From an uncultured virus (IMG/VR IMGVR_UViG_3300042895_000198) (Duplodnaviria > Heunggongvirae > Uroviricota > Caudoviricetes), in IMG/VR virus record IMGVR_UViG_3300042895_000198, positions 1 to 64,000 of that record: 64,000 nt of DNA. The stretch is one strand, 5' to 3'. Below, piece after piece: positions 49,592-59,024 of the stretch (within the stretch, counting starts at the first letter, position 1; the number at the start of each line of letters is the position of its first letter). Below the pieces are notes generated by a model. That model was not told the origin of the DNA and searched no databases. It worked only from the letters and a program-made list of their open reading frames with translations. The translations under genes were made by a program, and so were the position numbers.

Positions 49592-50275
49592 ATGGATTTA
49601 AAAGAATACTGGCTAAACAACAACGGCAAAAAGATTACAAAGTGGACTCATTACTTTTGGGTATATGACCGACACTTTGCGGCACTACGAGATAAACCAA
49701 TTAAGATGTTGGAGATTGGTGTATTGAATGGTGGTTCATTGGAAATGTGGAAGAAATACTTCCATCCTGATAGTACAATCGTAGGTATTGATATTACACC
49801 TAGTTGTAAAGACTTTGAAGATGCTGAGAATAATGTTCATGTCCGCATCGGTGACCAATCTGATCCAGAATTCTTACAAAGCCTTGTAGATGAATTTGGT
49901 GAGTTTGATTTGGTTTTGGATGATGGCAGTCACCATGTTGACCATGTGAACAAAACATTCCAGTCCTTGTATCCAAAGATTGCTAAAGATGGTGTTTACT
50001 TCATTGAAGATACACATGCGGCATATTGGAATTCTCATGGAGGTTCTATTGACCATCCAGATTCAATCAACAATGTGGCCAAGACCATGATTGATAAGTT
50101 GAATGCAGACCACACCAAAGGTCAAATTGCACCAGATTTCTTCACACATGAAACAAAGTGCATGTCGTGTTATGATAGTATTGTGGTGTTTGAGCGTGGT
50201 AATGTGGGTGCTAAAATTCCACAAGAGTATGGTGGACCAAAATCTGATGAGGTTTTGATTATCAGAACTCACTAA
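49592..50275 (+). CDS. Class I SAM-dependent methyltransferase (sugar O-methyltransferase-like)
   Basis: LEIGVLNGGS, GIDI, GDQSD, DDGSH, IED. Confidence 0.85.
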   Translation: MDLKEYWLNNNGKKITKWTHYFWVYDRHFAALRDKPIKMLEIGVLNGGSLEMWKKYFHPDSTIVGIDITPSCKDFEDAENNVHVRIGDQSDPEFLQSLVDEFGEFDLVLDDGSHHVDHVNKTFQSLYPKIAKDGVYFIEDTHAAYWNSHGGSIDHPDSINNVAKTMIDKLNADHTKGQIAPDFFTHETKCMSCYDSIVVFERGNVGAKIPQEYGGPKSDEVLIIRTH

Positions 50276-50315
50276 ATACTAAATAAGACATTAACAACTG
50301 CTGCAGAGGCGGGAC

Positions 50316-52502
50316 ATGAAATTTAGAGAATTTATTACTGAGAATAAAGAGAAACATGCGGTCATGGCGTTTGGCCGTATGAATCCACCTACAACCGGAC
50401 ATGAAGTCTTGGTCAATAAGGTTAAATCGGTTGCAAAACAAGTTGGTGGTTCCCATCACATCATTCTGTCTCATTCACAAGATGCCGCTAAGAATCCTCT
50501 TACTGCGGCACAAAAAGTAAAACATGCCAAAAGGTTCTTTCCAGATACAAACATATCTGTTGCAACCAAAGAAGAACCAAACTTCCTAACACAAGCAGCC
50601 AAGTTACACAAACAAGGTGTAACACATCTACACATGGTCGCAGGCGCTGACCGTACCGCAGAGTACCACAAACTGTTGCACAAATACAACGGGACACATG
50701 AAGGTGCTCTTTTCAACTTCAAAAAGATAACTGTACATAACGCAGGTGAACGTGACCCTGATGCTGAAGGTACAGAAGGCATGTCCGCTTCAAAGATGCG
50801 TAAACATGCAGGCTCTGGTAATTTTGATGACTTTAAACAAGGCATTCCAAAACATGTGCCAGAACACCATGCGAAAGAATTATTCCGTGATGTTCGTAAA
50901 GGCATGAGCATTAAAGAGTCTATTGACCTTAACGAAGAATTTGAAATTCTTTTGGAAGGCGTACACGACCAATCCATCTTCAAAGCTATCTTCTTAGCAG
51001 GTGGTCCTGGTTCTGGTAAAGATTATGTGTTAGACAATACACTTGATGGTCAAGGTTTAACAGAAATTAATTCAGACAAGGCACTTGAGTTCTTAATGGA
51101 CAAAGAAGGTCTTGATAAGATGATGCCTGTTGGCGAAACAGAGAAACGTGACTTTGTTCGTGGTCGTGCAAAGAACATTACAGAGTTGCGTCAACAACTT
51201 GCACTATTAGGTCGCAATGGTTTGATTATCAATGGTACAGGTGATGATGTAGCTAAAACAAAACGCATCAAAGACCAATTAGAAAAACTTGGTTACGATA
51301 CTGCCATGTTGTTGGTGAATACAAGAGATGATATCTCCGCTCAAAGAAATATTGAACGTGGCCAACGTGGTGGTCGTGCGGTACCAGAACCAATTCGTAA
51401 AGAAAAGTGGGATAGTGTACAGTTAGCACGTACTGAATATGCTCAAATGTTTGGTGATAAGTATAAAGAATTTGATAACTCTGAAGACTTGAGGCAAGCT
51501 GATCCTGAAACAGTTAAGGCAAAGAAGTCTGAGCTGTTACAATTATATACAGGTTTTAAAGAATTCGTTTCTACACCACCACAGTCAGAAGAATCTAAAT
51601 TTTGGGTTGCTAATGAGTTGGATAAGAAAGACACTTTACCAGTTCAAACTGATGGTGCTGAACAACTGCCTGCGTCTGATGATGCAACTGGTGAAGAAGC
51701 TAGAAAACTCGGTCTACAATACTATGGTTTTGGTAGATATGGCAGAAATGGTAAAGTTACACATCGTTCTGTACATGGTCAATTGGTTTTGGTCAATAAA
51801 GAAGAACCAAAACAACCAAAGATTCCTGTGAGTAGTTCATCACAGAAACCTGTTAAACCGGTTGTTAAAGAATCATCTGATTTGATATATGAAGATGGTT
51901 TGTTACGAGACAAGGCCGGTAAATTGCGTGTCTTCATGCTTAGAAATACTGCAGCAAAAGAAGCACACACTAAAAATGGAACCATTATTAAACACAATAA
52001 TGGTTATGTTGTTAAACTTAATGGAGAAAATAAAAATGCTAAATTATCTGAAGAAATTATTTCAAACCAAACCAAAAGAACAAGCTCCTTTGGTGAGTCC
52101 AGTTCTGGAAGAAATCGTAGTACCGGTGCCAGTGATAGAACCAACACCGGAACCAGTGCCAGTTCCAGTACAGGAAGTTGTTGTGGAACCAGCACCTGCA
52201 CCTGTGACACCAAGCCAACCACCGAAGAAACAACCCGTAGCAAAATCACACTTGCAGAAATCCGCACCCGCCAAAAAGAAAAAGTAATTGAGTCTATCAA
52301 TAATGGTGAATCTGGTCTTTCGATGGCTGCATCTGGTGAGAACCTTGGCCGTGATACAACAAGAATTAAGACACTAAAGAAACCATTAGAAGAACTGACT
52401 GGCGATGAAACAACCATGAGTATCGGTGACCAAAAAGAAGGCGAACTGAAACGAATTGGTATTAATCTTAAAACATTTAAATCTAAAAAGGTTATAGGAT
52501 GA
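50316..52502 (+). CDS. Cytidylyltransferase-like (HIGH) domain fused to a P-loop kinase and low-complexity C-terminus
   Basis: FGRMNPPTTGH, KNPL, AGADR, MSASKMR; then AGGPGSGKD, IINGT, RNIERG; tandem ACTAAATA late promoters at 50271-50285. Confidence 0.8.
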   Translation: MKFREFITENKEKHAVMAFGRMNPPTTGHEVLVNKVKSVAKQVGGSHHIILSHSQDAAKNPLTAAQKVKHAKRFFPDTNISVATKEEPNFLTQAAKLHKQGVTHLHMVAGADRTAEYHKLLHKYNGTHEGALFNFKKITVHNAGERDPDAEGTEGMSASKMRKHAGSGNFDDFKQGIPKHVPEHHAKELFRDVRKGMSIKESIDLNEEFEILLEGVHDQSIFKAIFLAGGPGSGKDYVLDNTLDGQGLTEINSDKALEFLMDKEGLDKMMPVGETEKRDFVRGRAKNITELRQQLALLGRNGLIINGTGDDVAKTKRIKDQLEKLGYDTAMLLVNTRDDISAQRNIERGQRGGRAVPEPIRKEKWDSVQLARTEYAQMFGDKYKEFDNSEDLRQADPETVKAKKSELLQLYTGFKEFVSTPPQSEESKFWVANELDKKDTLPVQTDGAEQLPASDDATGEEARKLGLQYYGFGRYGRNGKVTHRSVHGQLVLVNKEEPKQPKIPVSSSSQKPVKPVVKESSDLIYEDGLLRDKAGKLRVFMLRNTAAKEAHTKNGTIIKHNNGYVVKLNGENKNAKLSEEIISNQTKRTSSFGESSSGRNRSTGASDRTNTGTSASSSTGSCCGTSTCTCDTKPTTEETTRSKITLAEIRTRQKEKVIESINNGESGLSMAASGENLGRDTTRIKTLKKPLEELTGDETTMSIGDQKEGELKRIGINLKTFKSKKVIG
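52036..52287 (+). CDS. Overprinted Pro/Val/Glu-rich small protein nested in another frame
   Basis: GGAG RBS 9 nt upstream; MLNYLKKLF amphipathic start, PEPVPVPV linker, KKKK tail. Confidence 0.55.
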   Translation: MLNYLKKLFQTKPKEQAPLVSPVLEEIVVPVPVIEPTPEPVPVPVQEVVVEPAPAPVTPSQPPKKQPVAKSHLQKSAPAKKKK

Positions 52503-52792
52503 AATCATTTAAAGCATTCATAACAGAAACGCCTGCTTGGACACGTAAAGAGGGCAAGAACCCTGAAGGTGGTTTAAACCGCAAGGGTATTGAATCTTAT
52601 CGCCGTGAAAATCCAGGTTCTAAACTATCGATGGCAGTTACAACTAAGCCATCAAAATTGAAGCCTGGTTCTAAGGCCGCAAATCGTAGAAAATCATTCT
52701 GTGCTCGTATGGGCGGCATGGAAGGCCCAATGAAAAAACCTAATGGTGAACCAACTCGCAAAGCCCTTGCACTCAAAAAATGGAATTGCTAA
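52499..52792 (+). CDS. Basic hypothetical protein, likely internal head protein
   Basis: MKSFKAFITE start; AWTRKEGKNPEGGLN, RRKSFCARM. Confidence 0.7.
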   Translation: MKSFKAFITETPAWTRKEGKNPEGGLNRKGIESYRRENPGSKLSMAVTTKPSKLKPGSKAANRRKSFCARMGGMEGPMKKPNGEPTRKALALKKWNC

Positions 52793-53395
52793 ATGTCAAC
52801 TAACACAACATTCAAAATCTTTACCGACAAAATGGGCGGTACAAGAGCCAACACATATATTGGTACAACTGGTGAAGTATTTTATGATGTAGACGGCACA
52901 TCAGCAATGAGGCTATCTAATGGCGTAACACCTGGTGGTATACCATTTGGCGTTTCTTCTGTTAGTGCATCATATGCTCCTGAATTTAAAACTGTTTCTG
53001 GTAATACGTTACCTGGTACCGTAACAACTGGCGCTTATGTTAAACAAGGTGCAATTGTTCATTTTAGAGTCAATGTTAATTTTGCAAATACATCAGATTT
53101 TGGAAGTGCTAGTCAATATAAACTAACATTGCCTTTTCCTGCGGCAGCAACAGTAACAATTCGTGGTGGATCATTGCACAGTAAACCTGCTAATCCAGCA
53201 AACAATGCAATATATCACATTGCTGGAATTACTGACATTGAAGAACCTGCTTCTTCAAATACGGAGATGTTACTTTATTATTCTGGTAGTACAACAGACT
53301 TAGCATGGAAATCAACTACGCCAGTTAATGCAACATCAAATGTTAGCCATTTTGATATTAGTGGTGCTTATGAAACGTCATCACTAACCGTATAA
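52793..53395 (+). CDS. Hypothetical structural / fibre-like protein
   Basis: GEVFYD..RLSNGVTPGG N-terminus, beta-rich C-terminal domain. Confidence 0.55.
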   Translation: MSTNTTFKIFTDKMGGTRANTYIGTTGEVFYDVDGTSAMRLSNGVTPGGIPFGVSSVSASYAPEFKTVSGNTLPGTVTTGAYVKQGAIVHFRVNVNFANTSDFGSASQYKLTLPFPAAATVTIRGGSLHSKPANPANNAIYHIAGITDIEEPASSNTEMLLYYSGSTTDLAWKSTTPVNATSNVSHFDISGAYETSSLTV

Positions 53396-53424
53396 TTTAA
53401 TAAAAACAAAAACAGGAGAAACTC

Positions 53425-54966
53425 ATGTATTCAGATAACAAACAAATTCGTGATGTAGCAGATGTTGCTGCACGAATCATGGCTGGTTTACCACCACTTG
53501 AAGAAAAATTGCATCCAAATCAACAAAAGATTGATGTGGTTGACGATGAAAAGATTGATGGTAAAGATTTTGCCAAACTTCGTAAGATGAAGAAGGAAGA
53601 AATCGAGATTGAAGAAGAAAGTCATCAATCTAAGACTACAATGAAACACATTCCAAATCCAACACCTGCACAAAAACAAGCAGCTAAAGATATTAAACCC
53701 GGCGTTGGCGGTTATCGTGACCGTATTGATATGCTTAAAAGTGCCGGCGTTAAAGAGGAAGTTGAAGCAATCGATGAAGTTAAGATGGCTGATTTGCCAT
53801 CAACTAAAGTTCAAGGTCGTGCATATGGTTCATCTAAACCAGAAGCAAGTGCATTTGATGTACTAAAAGGACCAAAAGATAAAGAATTGAAATCTATTGA
53901 GTCTGAGAAGAAGAAAAAGAAAATGTCTGAAATGGTTGCCACATATAAAGATGGCGGCATGAAGGCATTCTTTGAGTCTATTGAGAAAGAGGAAATGATT
54001 TCTGAAGAACCTGATTCTGCTCAATTTGCAAAAGAATTGGAAGACCAAAAGAAACGTGCAGCTGGTACTAAACCACAAGCTGAAGTTGCTAAACCATCCG
54101 TTCAAGCAGTTCAACAAGAAAGAATTGAAATTACCGATGAAATGATTTTTGAAGTTCTTGAAAATGCTGGTATTGATTTTGAATCATTGAGTGATGATGA
54201 ATTGCAAATAGCTGCAAATGAGGCATATGAAGTTCTTCATGAAATTTCAACAAAGACTTTAGCTAAAGCCGCTAGTGCTGCTTCTGACCCTGATGCAGAC
54301 TATCATTATGGTAAGTCACACGACCCGCAAAAGTTTGCAGACCATGCTAAAAAGACTAAAGATGCAAAATCAGCAGCTGCTGTTCAAGGTGCCGCTGATG
54401 CGAAAGGCCACTATACAAGACCAGGGCATAGTCTTGGGTCCTATGATAAACTTGCACACAGAACTCCTGCTCGTGTGACTGGTGTTGGAAAAGCAAATAA
54501 ACAAGATGTTAACAAATTAAAAAAGAGTATAAGTCTAAATGCTGAAGCAACTGAACAAGACATTTACGTTATCGATGCAGATTTGGCTAATGGTGTAGAT
54601 GCTGTTAACATTGAAGAACGTACATTGACTGCCGGTGAGACAAAGAAGAAAGAAGAAATTGTTAAATCTATGAAAAAAGGTTTGGCAGGTTTCAAAGAGC
54701 GTTATGGTGACCGTGCTAAGAATGTCATGTATGCAACCGCCACTAAAAATGCCATGAAAGAAGAAAAAGAAGACCATCATCAAAAAGGTTACGACCATGT
54801 GCGTGAGCCTATTTCTGATGAACCATATCTCGATAATGCTCGTGTAAGATTTAACGAATTAAAAAAACAAAATCCTCATAAAAAAGGATCTCAAGAGCAC
54901 AAAGATTGGCATTCTGGAGCATCAGCTGCATATGAAGAACATAAAGACATATTAAGAGGCAAATAA
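53425..54966 (+). CDS. Modular charged protein, probable internal head protein
   Basis: Short modules separated by (L/I/V)xE motifs. Confidence 0.6.
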   Translation: MYSDNKQIRDVADVAARIMAGLPPLEEKLHPNQQKIDVVDDEKIDGKDFAKLRKMKKEEIEIEEESHQSKTTMKHIPNPTPAQKQAAKDIKPGVGGYRDRIDMLKSAGVKEEVEAIDEVKMADLPSTKVQGRAYGSSKPEASAFDVLKGPKDKELKSIESEKKKKKMSEMVATYKDGGMKAFFESIEKEEMISEEPDSAQFAKELEDQKKRAAGTKPQAEVAKPSVQAVQQERIEITDEMIFEVLENAGIDFESLSDDELQIAANEAYEVLHEISTKTLAKAASAASDPDADYHYGKSHDPQKFADHAKKTKDAKSAAAVQGAADAKGHYTRPGHSLGSYDKLAHRTPARVTGVGKANKQDVNKLKKSISLNAEATEQDIYVIDADLANGVDAVNIEERTLTAGETKKKEEIVKSMKKGLAGFKERYGDRAKNVMYATATKNAMKEEKEDHHQKGYDHVREPISDEPYLDNARVRFNELKKQNPHKKGSQEHKDWHSGASAAYEEHKDILRGK

Positions 54967-56964
54967 ATGAAAACGTGGTCTGAGTTTCTTACTTTACGTG
55001 AAAGGTGTTGGCCTGGTTACAAATCTGTGCCAGGTAAAAAAGCATATTCACCTGGTTCTTGCGTAAAAGAATCTCCTACTATTGAAGAAGATTTGCGTAA
55101 ATGGTTTAGTAAAACGGATCCAAAAGGTGGTTGGAAAAGGATCAATAGTAAGGGTGAAGCAATTGGCCCTTGTGCAAGAGAACCTGGTGAACCTAAGCCT
55201 AAGTGTATGTCTAACGAAAAGAGAGCTTCTTTAAGTAAAAAAGAAAGAGCATCTGCCGTTGCGTCTAAAAGAAAACATGACCCTAATCCTGAAAGAAAGG
55301 GTCCACCAATAAATGTGTCTAACTTTGGAAAAGGAAAGATAAGCGAAGATATGGAAAACTTAAACGAAAAAAATGTACCAACAAGTCCAGAAAAATGGGC
55401 TCAGGCAAAAGCACAGGCTAAATCTAAGTTTGATGTTTACCCTTCTGCTTATGCCAATGGTTGGGCTGCAAAGAAATATAAAGCAATGGGTGGCGGTTGG
55501 AAATCAGTCAATGAAGTTAAAGAAGTTGGAGATGATCCAACTGGTGATATCCCACCTGATAATCTTGTAAGAAAAGGCACTAAGGTTGTTGCTAAGCAGA
55601 CGCAATTTGAAGAAACAGAGATGCTTGATGAACTATCTAACAATTTGTTATCTCGTTACAAATCTGCTGCTACTAAACAATCTTCAAGTCTTGGTAAAGA
55701 AATGCAATCTGATTCCAGTAAGACCAAAAAGAATACAGAACTACAGAACAAGAGGTTTTCAGGTACTATGAAAGCAACCACTAAACAATTTGCTAACGAT
55801 ATGAAAAACGAAGCTAAGGATCCTGGTGAATATGACCAAGAAGGTGACATGGCCATGACACAATTGCGTAGTATTATTTACCACGCACAAGAGTTGCATG
55901 ACCAATTAGATAAGGATGACAATCTTCCAGAGTGGGTTCAGTCTAAGATTACTTTAGCGCAAGATTATATGCAAACTGCCCATGATTACATGTACTCACA
56001 GAAGAATGTAACAGAAGAAGTTGAATTGACTGAAGGTCGTCCATCACAACGCCATCCATTGGAAGGCCATGAGTATCACAAAAAATCTGATGAGGCTTTG
56101 GTTCACATTGCTAAAGATGCACATGCAGCCGCTGAAGCAATGAAGTCACACAATCCAACTGCTGAGAACAAGTATCGTGACCAAGCCAATGATTCTGCAA
56201 CAGTAAGACACTATCGTAAGACACATGGTATGGCTGATTGGTACAAAAAGAAGTATGGTCACATAAATGAAAGTGATGCATACGATAAAGATGTTAAACC
56301 TTCTGATAAACCACATGATAAAGAAGCCGCTGCAAAGCGTGCTAAAATTGCCGCAGTAATGGCAAGAAAGAAAATGGCTAAAGAAGAAGTTGAACAATTG
56401 GATGAGTTGTCACCTAGTACCTTACAGAGTTACAAAGTTGCTGGCCACAAGAAGTATGATAGTATTAGAAATAATACTGATGCTGATTCGATGGCTAAGA
56501 AATCTAAATTGGAAAAAGGTATTAAAACTGCTCATGCCAAGCAATTTCCATCTAAACCTGCAGCACCTGCACCAAAGAAAGACCCTAATAGTCGTGGTTA
56601 CGAACAAGGTCGTTATATGGGCGACAGCGTTGAACATGATGAATCATTAATAGAGGGTGAAAGTTGGAAGGTAGATACAGGTTGGAAAAAATCTAAGTCG
56701 GATGAAGTTACAGATAAGTCTGGTGCAAAACATACAGCAATGTCTAGAGCAAAACATTTGGCCAAAATGGCTGCAAAGAAAAATGCCAATCCAACTAAGT
56801 CAATGCGTGAAGATGCAGAACCTGTTGAGAAAGAACCTGAAGAAGCACCAAAGAAAAGTCGTAAGGCTCAAATTGTTAAAGATGCTAAGAAATCTAAAAC
56901 CGCATCAGCTGATAAGTTTCAATCGGAACCAGAATTAGGTTCCACTATCACTAAAAATTATTGA
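54967..56964 (+). CDS. Modular charged protein, probable internal head protein
   Basis: MKTWSEFL start; CWPGYK, EDLRKWF, PSAYANGW and two LDELS modules. Confidence 0.6.
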   Translation: MKTWSEFLTLRERCWPGYKSVPGKKAYSPGSCVKESPTIEEDLRKWFSKTDPKGGWKRINSKGEAIGPCAREPGEPKPKCMSNEKRASLSKKERASAVASKRKHDPNPERKGPPINVSNFGKGKISEDMENLNEKNVPTSPEKWAQAKAQAKSKFDVYPSAYANGWAAKKYKAMGGGWKSVNEVKEVGDDPTGDIPPDNLVRKGTKVVAKQTQFEETEMLDELSNNLLSRYKSAATKQSSSLGKEMQSDSSKTKKNTELQNKRFSGTMKATTKQFANDMKNEAKDPGEYDQEGDMAMTQLRSIIYHAQELHDQLDKDDNLPEWVQSKITLAQDYMQTAHDYMYSQKNVTEEVELTEGRPSQRHPLEGHEYHKKSDEALVHIAKDAHAAAEAMKSHNPTAENKYRDQANDSATVRHYRKTHGMADWYKKKYGHINESDAYDKDVKPSDKPHDKEAAAKRAKIAAVMARKKMAKEEVEQLDELSPSTLQSYKVAGHKKYDSIRNNTDADSMAKKSKLEKGIKTAHAKQFPSKPAAPAPKKDPNSRGYEQGRYMGDSVEHDESLIEGESWKVDTGWKKSKSDEVTDKSGAKHTAMSRAKHLAKMAAKKNANPTKSMREDAEPVEKEPEEAPKKSRKAQIVKDAKKSKTASADKFQSEPELGSTITKNY

Positions 56965-56976
56965 GTGGTTGACAGG

Positions 56977-56984
56977 TATAAATA
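56977..56984 (+). promoter_or_regulatory. T4-type late promoter TATAAATA
   Basis: Exact consensus. Confidence 0.8.
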
Positions 56985-57015
56985 AACAATCAAATCAGAC
57001 AAATAGGAGAACAAT

Positions 57016-57369
57016 ATGTCTTTATGGGGAAATTTAGATGCCGCTAACAATGCGCCAAAGTTTGCTGGCACTGGCGGTATCGGCTTAACAGCCAACACAC
57101 AACAATTATTTTCAAACACAACATTTGCTACAACAAGCACTTCTTTAGGTATAGCAGGCCAAGCAACTGGTGTCTTTGGCATTAGTGTTACAGAAACAGC
57201 CAACACAGGCGGCGGCAGAGCCAACACAGCTGGCGCTCATGCTGGTTGGGTAATGCGTAAAGAAGGCACTGGCGGTCGTGCTGGTCGTATTCAAACAGAA
57301 ACATTGGTTGCTATGGGCTCAATGACTGGTGACTTTGCAACTGCAAACACCACTTATCCAGGTATCTAA
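57016..57369 (+). CDS. Hypothetical virion protein
   Basis: MSLWG...HAGWV...RIQTETLVAM; late promoter and AGGAG RBS. Confidence 0.7.
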   Translation: MSLWGNLDAANNAPKFAGTGGIGLTANTQQLFSNTTFATTSTSLGIAGQATGVFGISVTETANTGGGRANTAGAHAGWVMRKEGTGGRAGRIQTETLVAMGSMTGDFATANTTYPGI

Positions 57370-57746
57370 TGCGATTCTCTGAATATATCCGTGAGATGGA
57401 AATTGGTGCGGTCTCAGGGCCTGCACCAACACCAGCACTCATGGATACAAATTTAGATAGTCTGAATAAGCGTTTGGATTATGATACTGATGAAAAGTTT
57501 TTATCTCCTGAGTCTGGTATACAAAGGATTCGTAGAGTGTTGCACTTGTATGGTTATGACATGCCAGCACTTTACGATGCCGATCCAGAAGGAGATGAGG
57601 TGGTACTCGACCTAGATACGGATTTAGGCGTGTACATTTTATATACTCTCACCGATGATAATGATTATGAGTTTTATGCTGAGATTGGCCATGAAAGTCG
57701 TATGCAAGAGCTTTTATCGGATGAGGGAGAACCAGAAGAAGAATAA
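57369..57746 (+). CDS. Hypothetical acidic protein
   Basis: MRFSEYIRE N-terminus. Confidence 0.65.
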   Translation: MRFSEYIREMEIGAVSGPAPTPALMDTNLDSLNKRLDYDTDEKFLSPESGIQRIRRVLHLYGYDMPALYDADPEGDEVVLDLDTDLGVYILYTLTDDNDYEFYAEIGHESRMQELLSDEGEPEEE

Positions 57747-58139
57747 ATGTCCTTTGATGATTTGACAAATGAAAATATAATGATGTATGCAATGAAAGCT
57801 TATGATAGGCCTAATTGTATAATGAGTGAGTTTAAAGACGATTTAAAACGATTTAATTACCTAAAGAGATTATTCCTTAGGTACCGTAAATATGATGAAA
57901 TGAGAGAACAACTGGTAATAAACCATCTAGTCGTTCTCTATAACGTTTTTGGACCAGAAGTTGCAACAAGAATGTTGTTTTTCAAAATGTCAAAAGAAGA
58001 CTATTCGGCACTTAAAACATACTTGATATTTTTAAGTATTATGCCAGATAGAGTGAAAGGTATTAAAGGACATGATATCATATCTTCGGAGATTCCTGTA
58101 GACCAAAAAGTTGTGGATGTATTAAGGGATATCAAATGA
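57747..58139 (+). CDS. Conserved T4-like hypothetical protein
   Basis: FDDLTNEN..YAMKAY, EFKDDLKRFNYLKRL, NHLVVLYNVFG. Confidence 0.7.
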   Translation: MSFDDLTNENIMMYAMKAYDRPNCIMSEFKDDLKRFNYLKRLFLRYRKYDEMREQLVINHLVVLYNVFGPEVATRMLFFKMSKEDYSALKTYLIFLSIMPDRVKGIKGHDIISSEIPVDQKVVDVLRDIK

Positions 58140-58309
58140 AACCGGTTAAAGAAGATGTTGGTGCCGGTGTACCAACAAATAATGTAAGTGGCGGCCAAGT
58201 AGCCGCTCTTGGCGTTGGCCCACAAGGTGAACCTGGCGTTAAGAAGAAAAAGAAGGGTGTTCCTTCTTTCACAACATTCATTAAGAGAAAAGCGAATGTG
58301 GCTTCTTAA
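58136..58309 (+). CDS. Small hypothetical protein (57 aa, absent from the ORF track)
   Basis: ATGA coupling; MKPVKEDVGAGVPTNNVSGGQVAALGVGPQGEPGVKKKKK... Confidence 0.55.
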   Translation: MKPVKEDVGAGVPTNNVSGGQVAALGVGPQGEPGVKKKKKGVPSFTTFIKRKANVAS

Positions 58310-58751
58310 TTGGTTACCAAATTGGATATTCTATGCGATGGGGTTAATCGGTGTATTAACCTTGGTGGTTACATATTTCATTAAGTTCTTACCAATTCCA
58401 TTCGTTTACATGTACAAAACTCCATTGCAGTTGTTATCGATTGCAATGATTGTTATTGGCACATTCATGGCTGGTGCAATATATGATAATGAAGCATGGC
58501 TTGCCCGTGTCAAAGAATTAGAAGCTCAGGTAGCTGAATCTGAAAAGAAATCTGTCGAGAAAAATGTAGAGATAGTAGAGAAGATTGTACATAAAGAAAA
58601 AGTCATCAAAGAAAAAGGTGACGATATCATTAAGTATATTGACCGAGAAATAGTTAAAAAAGAAGAAGTTATTAAGTACATTGAAAACTGTCCAGTACCA
58701 AAGGACATTATTGATGCACATAACGCAGCAGCTGCAATGGGTAAAAAATGA
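58296..58751 (+). CDS. Putative inner-membrane spanin (Rz-like)
   Basis: N-terminal TM segments then coiled coil and C-terminal Cys; adjacent to a lipoprotein gene. Confidence 0.65.
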   Translation: MWLLNWLPNWIFYAMGLIGVLTLVVTYFIKFLPIPFVYMYKTPLQLLSIAMIVIGTFMAGAIYDNEAWLARVKELEAQVAESEKKSVEKNVEIVEKIVHKEKVIKEKGDDIIKYIDREIVKKEEVIKYIENCPVPKDIIDAHNAAAAMGKK

Positions 58752-59014
58752 AAGCTGTTATATTAACTATTACTTTTTTGTTGTCTGGTTGCACTATGTT
58801 TGTTCCTGTCAAAAGGAATTTCCCCGAAGCACCTGTTACTTTAATGGTTAAATGTCCTCAGTTAGAAACTGTACAAGGTGATAAAGTTGCTATAACGGAT
58901 ATGTTGAAGACTATTGTTAACAACTACCGTTTATATTACGAATGCTCTAATCGTGTTGAAGGTTGGGGTGATTGGTACGTAGAACAAAAGAAAATATTCG
59001 ATAGTGTTAAATAA
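58748..59014 (+). CDS. Putative outer-membrane spanin lipoprotein (Rz1-like)
   Basis: Lipobox LLSGC, Pro-rich segment, two further Cys. Confidence 0.7.
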   Translation: MKAVILTITFLLSGCTMFVPVKRNFPEAPVTLMVKCPQLETVQGDKVAITDMLKTIVNNYRLYYECSNRVEGWGDWYVEQKKIFDSVK

Positions 59015-59024
59015 AGGATAAGAT

